From Pachysolen tannophilus NRRL Y-2460 (taxonomy: Eukaryota): a stretch of DNA of 64,000 nt. Shown one piece after another: positions 32,703 through 44,072 of this stretch (position 1 is its first letter; each line of letters begins with the position of its first letter). The position numbers and the translations under genes were made by a program. The notes beneath the pieces are model-generated. The model ran no database searches. It saw only the letters and a program-made list of their open reading frames with translations, and was not told where the DNA came from. The stretch lies in the NCBI GenBank assembly GCA_001661245.1, contig KV454015.1, positions 124,001 through 188,000 on the forward strand. Reading direction: 5' to 3'.

Positions 32703-35627
32703 ATGTCGTCCGCAGTGCAAGGTGCAAAGAGAAAAAGAGAAGACTCGGATGTTGGTATTGAACAAGATTCAGTAAGTTTCAATAGCAATAATGAGAACAA
32801 TCAATCATTTGGTAATTTTCCACAAATACCTAAAAGAAGGAGAGTTCAAGTTGCACCACAACAATTATCTCCTGAGTTGGAATTAGCTACGAAATTATGT
32901 GCTGATATTTGTAATATTGGCGAACAAAATTTAAGTTTCTTAACAAATGATATATTGTATATGGCTGTTCCAATTTCTGGCGAAATTGTAAATAGTGAAG
33001 AAGTTAGAGATGCTATATTGAATACTGTTTACTCGGTTTTAGTTGAACAACCTCATAAGATTCCATTTTTATCGCTGTTAATTCAAGTTTCTAATATTGT
33101 GAATAACGTAGTGGGAAAATATGTTGTTGAATTTTTACATGAAAAAGCACAAGAATTATTACATGAATTTCAAAAAAGCCAAGAACAGCTGGAATCAGAA
33201 GATAAAGAGGATGAGATTGTATTGGGTACATCGGAGTGTGGAACTTGGAATAGGTTGAAGTTAGTATTGAGATTTTTTGCTACATTGTCTCCGATTATAG
33301 AGAATGATGGAGTGTTTACACTTTTTAAGCAATTTTTAGAATTGGCAATTGAATTACAGAACCAATGTGAACAAAGATGCCTGTTAGCAGAGACAATGTA
33401 TTATAATACTTTAATTTCCGTTCCTTACATCACTTTTAGTGATCCTAACAATGCGGATTTAATTTTAAAATCAAATGAATTGCTTGAATTAGCAAAAAGT
33501 TTTAAAATTGTTCCTTCAAAATCTTTGGATTTTTTTAAGCATTTTAATATTACGAATGATAAAACCCAAGCAGCACCATTTGATGACAAATGTTTAGTAG
33601 ATTTGATTTTACCTGCAGTGTTAAAAATTTCGGAAAATAATTGGCAACTTGAATATTTTATCAATATTAAAGATGCTCTTTTAGAAATGGAAAAGAATTT
33701 AATTGAAAAACACGGTGAACCAGCTAAGCATCAATTACCTCAATTATCTTTTCCTGATATAGAATTCCTTAAGCAAGTAGGGAATTTGAAGAACATTATT
33801 GGTAACATTGACACTTTATGGAAAGCTCCAAGAATTGCATTACAAGTTTACTTACCTTCAGCAAATGGATTTGAAACCCAACCACCTCTTGAGTCTTATT
33901 TTGGATTATTATTGAGAGACATTTCTCAGGATATAATACAAAATTTAGAGTTTAACAAGAAAACTGTATCACAACAATTGCTTAATTTGGCATTTTTCTT
34001 CAAAGAAAAAACTTTTTCACCTGCCGGATCATCAATAGATAAACTTTCATTAATAAATGATAAAAGAAACGGTATTAATATTGCTGTTAGTTTAGATACT
34101 GGTGACGAAGAAGATCCATTAAAGTTGAAATTATTTCAATTGACTCAAGAAGCAGAATTGGATTTTGCAAGTGGTTTTACTTCAACTTGGAAAATTGAAG
34201 ATGTAATTACAGAAAGTATATTAAATTTAATTTTTAATTTACCAAATGTTTCTAATCCAATTATTTATTTCTATACTGTATTAGTTGAATGTTGTACAAG
34301 ACAAGCTAAAGCAATGGCTCCAGTATTTGGTAGAGCAATTAGATTTTTTTATTCCAATATTATGTTATTAGATTTTGAATTGAGATCTAGATATTTAGAT
34401 TGGTTGGCTGTTCAATTGAGTAATTTTAGATTTCAATGGAAATGGCGTGAATGGGAGGAAGATTCTATAGCATTAAATGAATCAAAGTTTCATCCTCGGA
34501 TTGTTTTAATTAAAAACTTGATAGCTAAAGAAATTAGATTATCTTCTAAGAGGCAGATTAGACAAACTTTACCTGAAGAATTTTATCGATATTTGGATAT
34601 TTCTTTATACAAGAAGGAACAAATTGATAAATATGATATGGAAGTTTTCGGTAATAGTTGTGGTGATATTGCCAATGATAAAGATGAAATGGAGACAGAT
34701 GAAATGGCAGATTTGGAAGATGTTGAATTAGATTCCAAAATGAAATTTCTCAAAGTATCGAATCCATTAAAGGATATTTGTTTTAGGATTTTTGAAAATT
34801 TACAAAACTATGGATCATTTGAAGAATTCAATAATCTTGTTGCTGATTTGAAGCAACAAGCTGAACCTTTTAATATTCCAAATATTGATAGATATATCAT
34901 TAATTTAGTTTATCAATCAGCATGTGTTATTGGATCTAGATCGATATCACATATAAGTTCATTTATAGGAGTTGCAGAGTTTAAATTGAAGAAAACAGTT
35001 GGTTTAGATGTTTCTAATATTTTAAAAGAAGAAGAAGAATATCAAGGAGATCAGTTTGCAGTTATAGAATCTGAAGGTGAATTGAAAACTAGACAACAAT
35101 GGGTAATTGAATCTGTCTTGAGGATTTGGAACCATGAGCCTCAAGTTGGATTTCTTATCTTGGAGATGCTTTTAACAAGGCGTATATTAACTGTAGATGA
35201 ATTGCTAAGAACTGCATTTGATCAAGAAAATTATGCAATCTTAACAAATGTTAGTTGTACAGAATCGATATTAAGAATTTTGGAAAATTTGAAACTTTTT
35301 AACATTTCAAATCCAAAAGAAGTACAAGAATGTTATATGTTATTTTTCAAATTAATTGTTCAAAATATGAATTTAGTTATATTAAAGATAAATCCTGATG
35401 AAAATACATTAATTACTTCACCTGATAATGAGGATCAAGTTTCTGAAGAAAATGAACTGAGGTGGTGTTTTATCGGTTTATTTTTGCTTATGAAATCATA
35501 CTTGAGAAAATTTAGCAATGAATATATTTTAATTGAAACAGAATTGGAAAACTTAATCACAGAATTGCAACATAAGCCAACTCAAAATGTATTGAAGAAT
35601 TTACTCTATAAATTGAAAAATTTATAA
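32703..35627 (+). CDS. STO1: Nuclear cap-binding complex large subunit Cbp80
   Basis: Bipartite NLS KRKRE...PKRRRV, VEQPHKIP, APVFGRAIRFFY, RYLDWLAVQLSNF.FQWKW.EW, KEIRLS. Confidence 0.95.
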   Translation: MSSAVQGAKRKREDSDVGIEQDSVSFNSNNENNQSFGNFPQIPKRRRVQVAPQQLSPELELATKLCADICNIGEQNLSFLTNDILYMAVPISGEIVNSEEVRDAILNTVYSVLVEQPHKIPFLSLLIQVSNIVNNVVGKYVVEFLHEKAQELLHEFQKSQEQLESEDKEDEIVLGTSECGTWNRLKLVLRFFATLSPIIENDGVFTLFKQFLELAIELQNQCEQRCLLAETMYYNTLISVPYITFSDPNNADLILKSNELLELAKSFKIVPSKSLDFFKHFNITNDKTQAAPFDDKCLVDLILPAVLKISENNWQLEYFINIKDALLEMEKNLIEKHGEPAKHQLPQLSFPDIEFLKQVGNLKNIIGNIDTLWKAPRIALQVYLPSANGFETQPPLESYFGLLLRDISQDIIQNLEFNKKTVSQQLLNLAFFFKEKTFSPAGSSIDKLSLINDKRNGINIAVSLDTGDEEDPLKLKLFQLTQEAELDFASGFTSTWKIEDVITESILNLIFNLPNVSNPIIYFYTVLVECCTRQAKAMAPVFGRAIRFFYSNIMLLDFELRSRYLDWLAVQLSNFRFQWKWREWEEDSIALNESKFHPRIVLIKNLIAKEIRLSSKRQIRQTLPEEFYRYLDISLYKKEQIDKYDMEVFGNSCGDIANDKDEMETDEMADLEDVELDSKMKFLKVSNPLKDICFRIFENLQNYGSFEEFNNLVADLKQQAEPFNIPNIDRYIINLVYQSACVIGSRSISHISSFIGVAEFKLKKTVGLDVSNILKEEEEYQGDQFAVIESEGELKTRQQWVIESVLRIWNHEPQVGFLILEMLLTRRILTVDELLRTAFDQENYAILTNVSCTESILRILENLKLFNISNPKEVQECYMLFFKLIVQNMNLVILKINPDENTLITSPDNEDQVSEENELRWCFIGLFLLMKSYLRKFSNEYILIETELENLITELQHKPTQNVLKNLLYKLKNL

Positions 35628-36190
35628 GACATACATACATACATACATAGCAATACAGACAAATTTTTCTTCCCGCTTAAATTTTTATTTAGTTTGTTTA
35701 TGTAAGCCGCCTTTTTTTTTTTTTTTTTTTTTTTTGCTTAATTCCGAGAAAAATAAGGAAACGCCTTTCTTTGAATTTGAATTAGAAAAAAAAAATTAAT
35801 AAAAATCATCATCATCACATAGGAGATAAAACTTATATGGAGTGAGTATTAAAAGATCAAATCTTTACTTGTTTCATATATTTCTTATATTTCATTTTCT
35901 TGATTGATTTCCAAAAACTGCTTATTCCTAGACAAAGAAGATACTAAAGGTGCAAAGAAAAAAAAAACCACAAATTACCGCGCGCTTCTTATTTCCATGC
36001 AGAGCGAAATCTTGAAACCAACTTAAAACCCAAAAGAATAAGCATAGATACTAGTAATTTGTTTCATTTTCTTCTTCTTCTCTTCTATTATCACGTCATA
36101 CAAAAACAAGAAATAGCCCCTGATGGATGTTCTTGATTCTAGCCCAGACTTATTTATTGTTGCATCTCGATTTGTTGAAACGTAAACAAA

Positions 36191-36299
36191 AAGGGCGTGT
36201 GAAGGGCGTGTGAAGGGCGAAGGGTGTAAGAAATGTTAAAGGCGTAAAATACGTAAAAGGCGTAAAGGTTCTAAGAGGTAGTAAAAGGGCGTAACGCGC
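36191..36299 (+). repeat. Array of AAG(G)GCGT units in the FKS1 upstream region
   Basis: AAGGGCGTGTG x2, AAGGGCG, AAGGGTGT, AAGGCGT x2, AAGGGCGT. Confidence 0.85.
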
Positions 36300-36426
36300 T
36301 AGTACTCAGCATTACAGAGGAAATACTCAGATCTACGCGTATCCCCTGTGGCATCTTAACTTTTTTTTTTTAAGCCCCTATACTCGGCCGAGCTTGCCCT
36401 CATACTTATTGTTCTGCCAAAAAAAA

Positions 36427-36916
36427 NNNNNNNNNNNNNNNNNNNNNNNNNNNNNNNNNNNNNNNNNNNNNNNNNNNNNNNNNNNNNNNNNNNNNNNNNN
36501 NNNNNNNNNNNNNNNNNNNNNNNNNNNNNNNNNNNNNNNNNNNNNNNNNNNNNNNNNNNNNNNNNNNNNNNNNNNNNNNNNNNNNNNNNNNNNNNNNNNN
36601 NNNNNNNNNNNNNNNNNNNNNNNNNNNNNNNNNNNNNNNNNNNNNNNNNNNNNNNNNNNNNNNNNNNNNNNNNNNNNNNNNNNNNNNNNNNNNNNNNNNN
36701 NNNNNNNNNNNNNNNNNNNNNNNNNNNNNNNNNNNNNNNNNNNNNNNNNNNNNNNNNNNNNNNNNNNNNNNNNNNNNNNNNNNNNNNNNNNNNNNNNNNN
36801 NNNNNNNNNNNNNNNNNNNNNNNNNNNNNNNNNNNNNNNNNNNNNNNNNNNNNNNNNNNNNNNNNNNNNNNNNNNNNNNNNNNNNNNNNNNNNNNNNNNN
36901 NNNNNNNNNNNNNNNN
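36427..36916. other. Assembly gap (N run)
   Basis: Run of N. Confidence 1.
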
Positions 36917-37771
36917 TTACCTATTGTTTTATAAATAGAAATGTCCTGTTTCCAAAATGTCCCCCATTCACAAAATCAGTACATACTATTACCTAATGGG
37001 ACAAACTAAGGCAAAACTTGTAAATACTTAGGTCCGTACCCTCTCCAAATAGGATTTCCTACTCCCAGTTTCAAGAGGTACCAATGTACACGTAATTTTT
37101 TTTTTTTTTTTTTACTTTCTTAAAATTTAAACTTTCTTTGTTTAAACGCGATTTCCAAAAAAAGAAAAAAATTTTTTTTTTTTTTTTTTTTCTTTGTTAA
37201 ATCAAAATCAAAACTTGATGTTTTAACAGCGGTTAACTCTGTTTTACCATACTAAATAATACAAAAATATTAAAACAAATAGTAAAACAAAAGGAATAAA
37301 ATCATTTTATCTTTTTTTTTTTATATTTTTTTTTTATTTTTTTTATTTTTTAGTTCTTTTTGTATCTTCATTGAAGAGAACTGTTTCTATTATTATATTC
37401 TGGTTTAGCGCTAGGAGTGTTTAAATAAGCAGTGATAGAGAGATCATTGGTATTTGTCTATTATTATATTTTGCTTATTATAAATAAAGATAGCAGTAAT
37501 AGTACTCCTTTTTGCTAGATTTTTTTTTTTTTTTTTTTTTTTTGGATATCATCCTTGAGTGATCCATCAAATCAAATAGAGGACAAGTCTTTTATTGCAT
37601 AGATCTATCCATCTGTCGCTTTTTTTTTTTATATAATTTTTTTATTTGACTTGTCATCTTCTTTCGTTTACATATAAAGTTATAAATTATAAAAGAAGAA
37701 AAAGAAAAAGAAGGAATCTTGTTTACAAGGGAAAGAGAATAAACTGGATTGATAACAGCGCTTAGTTAAAA

Positions 37772-37886
37772 GTGAGTATAAATTAACAAAGAAAAAAAAA
37801 TTTTTTTTTTTCATTCATTCATTCTTTCTTTCTTTGTTTTGTTGGAGAAATTATACTAACCAGGGGGGGTTTTTTTTCTTGAAAAG
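37772..37886 (+). other. Putative 5'-UTR intron of FKS1
   Basis: GTGAGT at 37772, TACTAAC at 37854-37860, T-tract, then AAG directly before the ATG at 37887. Confidence 0.6.
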
Positions 37887-40800
37887 ATGTCGTATAACGA
37901 TAATTATTATGATCCAAATCAACCGGCTCACCCTGATCAAGAAGGTTACTATGCTGAGGGATATCATCCATCAGATGAAGGTTTACAAAATCAGGAGGGT
38001 TATTATGATTCGAATCAAGATGTAGCGTATTATAATCAACCTTATGATCAAGGGGTTTATGAGCAGCCAGCAGGTTACGATGCAGGATATGATCAGCAAT
38101 ATGCTGACCAGCAATACGCTGACCCTTCACTGCAAGGTTATTATGAACAACCAAGAGCTGGTGATCCAGAAGCATTTTCGGATTTCAGTTATGGTCCAAA
38201 TGGAGCAGGCATCCCTTACGATAGTTATGGTACTCAATATACTCCTTCTCAAATGTCATATGGTGGTCCAAGATCTTCTGGTGCTTCAACACCAATTTAT
38301 GGTGCTGGTCCTTATGATCCAAATGCAATGGCAGTTTTGCCAAGAGATCCTTATCCAGCATGGACAGCTGATAACCAAGCACCTGTTTCCATCGAAGAAA
38401 TTGAAGATATTTTTATTGATCTTACAAATAAATTCGGTTTCCAAAGAGATTCGATGAGAAATATGTTTGACCATTTCATGGTTTTATTGGATTCAAGATC
38501 TTCACGTATGGCTCCTTCTCAAGCTTTATTATCTTTACATGCAGATTATATTGGTGGTGATAATGCTAATTATAAAAAATGGTATTTTGCTGCTCAGTTG
38601 GATTTAGATGATGAAGTTGGATTTGCCAACATGAAAATGGGTAAATTATCTAGAAAGGCAAGAAAGGCAAAGAGAAAGTCTAAAAAGGCAAGAAAAGCTG
38701 TTGAACAAAACGGTGAAGATACAGAACGTACATTAAATGAGTTGGAAGGTGATAACTCTTTGGAAGCTGCTGATTATAGGTGGAAAACCAAAATGAACGC
38801 ATTAACACCAATTGAAAGAGTTAGACAAATTGCATTATATTTATTATTATGGGGTGAAGCAAATCAAGTTAGATTTGTTCCAGAATGTTTATGTTTTATC
38901 TTGAAATGTGCTGAAGATTATTTAGTATCACCAGCTTGTCAACAGAGAGCAGAACCTGTTCCAGAAGGTGATTACTTAAATAGAGTGATTACTCCTTTGT
39001 ATCGTTTCATTAGATCTCAAGTTTATGAAGTTCTTGATGGTCGTTATGTTAAACGTGAAAGGGATCATAACAAAGTCGTTGGTTATGATGATATAAACCA
39101 ATTGTTTTGGTATCCTGAAGGTATTTCAAGAATCATCTTTGAAGATGGTACAAGATTAGTTGAAATTCCAGCAGAAGAAAGATATATTAGACTTGGAGAA
39201 TGTGACTGGAAAAACGTATTCTTTAAAACTTATAAAGAAACTCGTTCATGGTTACATTTACTTATAAACTTTAACCGTATTTGGATTATCCATGGTACCA
39301 TTTATTGGATGTACACTGCTTATAACTCTGAAACATTGTATACTCATGATTATGTTTACTTGGTTAATAATCAACCTACACCATCATCGCATTGGGCTGC
39401 TTGTGCTTTAGGTGGTACTTTTGCTTCCTTTGTTCAAATCTGTGCTACTTTAGCTGAATGGTTATTTGTTCCAAGAAAATGGGCTGGTGCTCAACGTTTA
39501 ACGAGAAGATTAATGTTTTTATCTTTAATCTTTGCTATTAACTTGGCTCCTGTGATCTTCGTCTTTGCATGGGCAGGTATTGATACTTATTCTAAATCCG
39601 CTTATGCTGTATCTGTTGTTGCCTTCTTCATTGGTATTGCAACTTTATTATTTTTTGCTATTATGCCACTTGGTGGATTATTCACTTCTTATATGAAGAA
39701 AAGTTCAAGAAGATATGTTGCTTCTCAAACCTTTACCGCTTCATTTTCTAAATTACATGGTTTAGATATGTGGATGTCTTACTTATTATGGGTTACAGTT
39801 TTCACCGCTAAGTTAGTTGAATCATACTACTTTTTGACTTTGTCTTTAAAGGATCCAATTAGAAATTTATCAACTATGACCATGCGTTGTACCGGTGAAT
39901 ACTGGTGGAGTAATAAGTTATGTAAGCAACACTCAAAGATTGTTTTAGGTTTGATGTACGCAACAGATTTCATTTTATTCTTTTTAGATACTTATATGTG
40001 GTACATTGTTTGTAACTGTGTTTTCTCTATTGGTCGTTCATTCTATTTGGGTATTTCGATTTTAACTCCATGGAGAAATATTTTCACAAGATTACCAAAG
40101 AGAATATATTCAAAGATTTTGGCAACAACTGATATGGAAATAAAATATAAACCAAAAGTTTTAATTTCTCAAGTTTGGAATGCAGTTGTCATTTCTATGT
40201 ACAGAGAACATTTGTTAGCTATTGTTCACGTTCAAAAATTGTTATACCATCAAGTTCCATCTGAAGTTGAAGGTAAACGTACTTTGAGAGCTCCAACTTT
40301 TTTTGTTTCACAAGATGATAACAACTTTGAAACTGAATTTTTCCCAAGAAATTCAGAAGCTGAACGTCGTATCTCTTTCTTTGCACAATCCTTGGCTACT
40401 CCAATTCCAGAACCATTACCAGTTGACAATATGCCAACTTTCACAGTTTTCACTCCTCACTACTCTGAAAAAATCTTGTTGTCGTTACGTGAAATTATTC
40501 GTGAAGATGATCAATATTCAAGAGTCACTCTTTTAGAATACTTGAAACAGTTACACCCAGTTGAATGGGACTGTTTTGTTAAGGATACTAAGATCTTGGC
40601 TGAAGAAACTGCTGCATACGAAAACGAAGGCTTGGAAGATGAAAAAGAAGATAACTTGAAATCTCAAATTGATGATTTACCATTCTACTGTATTGGTTTT
40701 AAATCTGCTGCACCTGAATATACTTTAAGAACAAGAATTTGGGCTTCTTTAAGATCTCAAACTTTATACCGTACTGTTTCCGGTTTCATGAATTATGCTA

Positions 40801-43532
40801 GAGCAATTAAATTGTTATACCGTGTTGAAAATCCTGAAATTGTTCAAATGTTTGGTGGTAATGCGGAAGGTTTAGAAAGAGAATTAGAGAGAATGGCTAG
40901 AAGAAAGTTCAAATTTTTAGTTTCTATGCAAAGATTAGCCAAGTTTAAACCAGAAGAATTAGAAAATGCCGAGTTTTTGTTACGTGCTTACCCAGATTTG
41001 CAAATCGCTTTCTTAGATGAAGAACCACCATTGAATGAAGGTGAAGAACCAAGAATCTTCTCCTCCTTAGTTGATGGTCACTGTGAAATTATGGAAAATG
41101 GTCGTAGAAGACCAAAATTCAGAGTTCAATTATCTGGTAATCCAATTTTAGGTGATGGTAAATCTGATAATCAAAATCAAGCTATTATTTTTACTCGTGG
41201 TGAATATTTACAATTGATTGATGCCAACCAAGATAACTATCTTGAAGAATGTCTTAAGATTAGATCTGTCCTTGCTGAATTCGAAGAATTAAACGTTGAA
41301 CTGGTAAACCCATATGCTCCAGGCTTAAGCTCAGAAGACAAAGAAAAGATTCATCCAGTTGCTATTGTCGGTGCTCGTGAATATATTTTCTCAGAAAACA
41401 CTGGTGTCTTGGGTGATGTTGCTGCAGGTAAAGAACAAACTTTTGGTACATTATTTGCTCGTACGTTAGCTCAAGTCGGTGGTAAATTGCATTATGGTCA
41501 TCCGGATTTCCTTAATCAAATTTTTATGAATACTCGTGGTGGTGTTTCAAAGGCTCAAAAGGGTTTACATCTTAATGAAGATATTTACGCAGGTATGACT
41601 GCTCTTTGTCGTGGTGGTAGAATTAAACATTGTGAATACTACCAATGTGGTAAAGGTCGTGATTTAGGTTTCGGTTCGACTCTTAACTTCACGACTAAGA
41701 TTGGTGCAGGTATGGGTGAACAGATGTTATCCCGTGAATACTATTATTTAGGAACCCAATTACCTCTTGATCGTTTCTTGTCTTTCTATTATGCCCATCC
41801 TGGTTTCCATATCAATAATCTTTTCATTCAAATGTCTTTGCAATTGTTCATGTTAACTTTGATCAACTTGAACGCTTTGGCACACGAAGGTATTATGTGT
41901 TATTACAATAAGAACCAGCCAATTACTGATTTGCGTGTTCCTTACGCTTGTTACAATTTAGCTCCAGCTATTGATTGGATTCGTCGTTATACATTATCTA
42001 TTTTCATCGTTTTCTTTATTTCCTTTATTCCTTTGGTCGTTCAAGAGTTGATTGAACGTGGTGTTTGGAAAGCTACTCAAAGATTTTTCCGTCACTTATT
42101 ATCATTGTCTCCAATGTTTGAAGTTTTTGTTGCTCAAATCTATTCTTCTTCATTATTGACAGATATCACTGTTGGTGGGGCTCGTTATATTGCCACTGGT
42201 AGAGGTTTTGCAACTGCTCGTATTCCGTTCTCTGTTTTGTATTCACGTTTTGCTGAATCTGCTATTTACATGGGTGCCAGATGTATGTTAATGTTGTTAT
42301 TTAGTACTCTTGCACACTGGCAAGCTGCATTGTTATGGTTCTGGGCTTCTTTATCTGCGTTGATGTTTTCGCCTTTCATTTTCAATCCTCATCAATTTGC
42401 TTGGGAGGATTACTTTATTGATTACCGTGATTTCATCAGATGGTTGTCACGTGGTAACACAAAGTGGCACAGAAACTCTTGGATTGGTTATGTTCGTCTT
42501 TCAAGATCTAGAATTACTGGTTTCAAGCATAAGTTAGTTGGTGATGAATCTGAAAAAGCTGCTGGTGATGCTGCTCGTGCTCATCGTTCCAACCTTTTGT
42601 TCTCAGACTTCATTCCATGTGCTATCTATACAGCTGGTTGTTTCATTGCTTTTACTTTCATAAACGCTCAAACTGGTGTAACAGATGCCACTGCTGTCAA
42701 TTCAACGTTACGTGTTATTATTTGTGCATTAGCTCCGGTTGCTGTTAATGCAGGAACCTTAATGCTCGCTGTTGGTTTATCATGTTGTTCAGGTCCATTA
42801 TTTGGTTTATGTTGTAAGAAGACTGGTGCTGTTATGGCTGGTTTTGCCCACGGTGTTTCTGTTATTGTTCATCTCATTTTCTTTGTTGTCATGTGGGTAT
42901 TGGAAGGTTTTTCATTACCAAAATGTTTAATTGGTGTTATTACTTGTATTTATGCCGAACGTTTACTTTTCAAATTCTTGACTTTAGCCTTCTTGACTAG
43001 AGAATTTAAGAGTGATCATGCTAATACTGCTTTCTGGACTGGTAAATGGTACGGATCTGGTTTAGGTTGGATGGCTTGGACTCAACCATGTCGTGAATTC
43101 TGTGCTAAGATTATTGAATCTTCAGAATTTGCTGGTGATTTTGTCTTAGGTCATATCATCTTATTCTGTCAATTTCCAATATTGTGTATTCCATTGATCG
43201 ACAGATGGCACTCAACAATGTTGTTCTGGTTAAAGCCTTCAAGACAAATCAGACCACCGATTTATTCACTTAAACAAGCCCGTTTGAGAAGAAGAATGGT
43301 TAGAAAGTACATGACTTTGTACTTCACTGTATTTGCCACCTTTGCAGCTGTTATTGTCGGTCCAGCAGTTGCTTCTGGTTATGTAAATATTGATGATAGT
43401 GTATTGACTGGAGTAACAACTGGTCTTGTTCAACCACGTCATCAAGATAACAATGATACAGGTAGCAACGCTCCTAAATATGCATTGACTACAACTACCC
43501 CTTCGATGTCCACATGGTCGACAATTGCTTAA
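37887..43532 (+). CDS. FKS1: 1,3-beta-D-glucan synthase catalytic subunit
   Basis: 1881 aa; [53 protein letters not shown], hot spots FLTLSLKDP and DWIRRYTL. Confidence 0.99.
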   Translation: MSYNDNYYDPNQPAHPDQEGYYAEGYHPSDEGLQNQEGYYDSNQDVAYYNQPYDQGVYEQPAGYDAGYDQQYADQQYADPSLQGYYEQPRAGDPEAFSDFSYGPNGAGIPYDSYGTQYTPSQMSYGGPRSSGASTPIYGAGPYDPNAMAVLPRDPYPAWTADNQAPVSIEEIEDIFIDLTNKFGFQRDSMRNMFDHFMVLLDSRSSRMAPSQALLSLHADYIGGDNANYKKWYFAAQLDLDDEVGFANMKMGKLSRKARKAKRKSKKARKAVEQNGEDTERTLNELEGDNSLEAADYRWKTKMNALTPIERVRQIALYLLLWGEANQVRFVPECLCFILKCAEDYLVSPACQQRAEPVPEGDYLNRVITPLYRFIRSQVYEVLDGRYVKRERDHNKVVGYDDINQLFWYPEGISRIIFEDGTRLVEIPAEERYIRLGECDWKNVFFKTYKETRSWLHLLINFNRIWIIHGTIYWMYTAYNSETLYTHDYVYLVNNQPTPSSHWAACALGGTFASFVQICATLAEWLFVPRKWAGAQRLTRRLMFLSLIFAINLAPVIFVFAWAGIDTYSKSAYAVSVVAFFIGIATLLFFAIMPLGGLFTSYMKKSSRRYVASQTFTASFSKLHGLDMWMSYLLWVTVFTAKLVESYYFLTLSLKDPIRNLSTMTMRCTGEYWWSNKLCKQHSKIVLGLMYATDFILFFLDTYMWYIVCNCVFSIGRSFYLGISILTPWRNIFTRLPKRIYSKILATTDMEIKYKPKVLISQVWNAVVISMYREHLLAIVHVQKLLYHQVPSEVEGKRTLRAPTFFVSQDDNNFETEFFPRNSEAERRISFFAQSLATPIPEPLPVDNMPTFTVFTPHYSEKILLSLREIIREDDQYSRVTLLEYLKQLHPVEWDCFVKDTKILAEETAAYENEGLEDEKEDNLKSQIDDLPFYCIGFKSAAPEYTLRTRIWASLRSQTLYRTVSGFMNYARAIKLLYRVENPEIVQMFGGNAEGLERELERMARRKFKFLVSMQRLAKFKPEELENAEFLLRAYPDLQIAFLDEEPPLNEGEEPRIFSSLVDGHCEIMENGRRRPKFRVQLSGNPILGDGKSDNQNQAIIFTRGEYLQLIDANQDNYLEECLKIRSVLAEFEELNVELVNPYAPGLSSEDKEKIHPVAIVGAREYIFSENTGVLGDVAAGKEQTFGTLFARTLAQVGGKLHYGHPDFLNQIFMNTRGGVSKAQKGLHLNEDIYAGMTALCRGGRIKHCEYYQCGKGRDLGFGSTLNFTTKIGAGMGEQMLSREYYYLGTQLPLDRFLSFYYAHPGFHINNLFIQMSLQLFMLTLINLNALAHEGIMCYYNKNQPITDLRVPYACYNLAPAIDWIRRYTLSIFIVFFISFIPLVVQELIERGVWKATQRFFRHLLSLSPMFEVFVAQIYSSSLLTDITVGGARYIATGRGFATARIPFSVLYSRFAESAIYMGARCMLMLLFSTLAHWQAALLWFWASLSALMFSPFIFNPHQFAWEDYFIDYRDFIRWLSRGNTKWHRNSWIGYVRLSRSRITGFKHKLVGDESEKAAGDAARAHRSNLLFSDFIPCAIYTAGCFIAFTFINAQTGVTDATAVNSTLRVIICALAPVAVNAGTLMLAVGLSCCSGPLFGLCCKKTGAVMAGFAHGVSVIVHLIFFVVMWVLEGFSLPKCLIGVITCIYAERLLFKFLTLAFLTREFKSDHANTAFWTGKWYGSGLGWMAWTQPCREFCAKIIESSEFAGDFVLGHIILFCQFPILCIPLIDRWHSTMLFWLKPSRQIRPPIYSLKQARLRRRMVRKYMTLYFTVFATFAAVIVGPAVASGYVNIDDSVLTGVTTGLVQPRHQDNNDTGSNAPKYALTTTTPSMSTWSTIA

Positions 43533-43954
43533 TTTTATATTGAGTCTCATTTGTTACCTGAACTATTTTTTTTTTATTATTATTTTCCCTTTTTTTTTTG
43601 TTATTATACTTCCTGAATATTTTGATTGGTGATTGAGGTGAAATTTTTTTTTGTTTTTGCGATTTTTAAAAATTATTTTCTCCCCTTTTTTCTGTATGAT
43701 ATAAACATTTCCTTTTATTTTTTTTTTTTTCTATTTCTTTTTTTTTTTTTTTTATTATCATTTGATTTCATTTTTCTCTTTTGAATTTGGTTTTTATATT
43801 TGAGTTCCTATAAAGTAAATCTAGTTTTACATTTATCAATCACTTTATTGTAAGATCTTTTATTAACCTAACTAGCTAATCTTGTTTTGTCTTGTTTTGT
43901 ACCTTGAAAAAAGTTATGTGCGGCTGAACTTGTTGAACTTGCAGAACTTGCATA

Positions 43955-43973
43955 ATTTGTGTAAACACAAAAA
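43955..43973. promoter_or_regulatory. Inverted pair of MSE-like (Ndt80) CACAAA sites upstream of GAS2
   Basis: ATTTGTGTAAACACAAAAA, about 30 bp upstream of TATATAAA at 44004. Confidence 0.55.
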
Positions 43974-44072
43974 CCAGATCGAAGTAAATGTCTGTTGATG
44001 GCTATATAAAAAGGCTTTAATTCTCGGAGAGTAAATGGGCAAAGTCAACACTAGTGTTCTTTGAGGAAAAAC

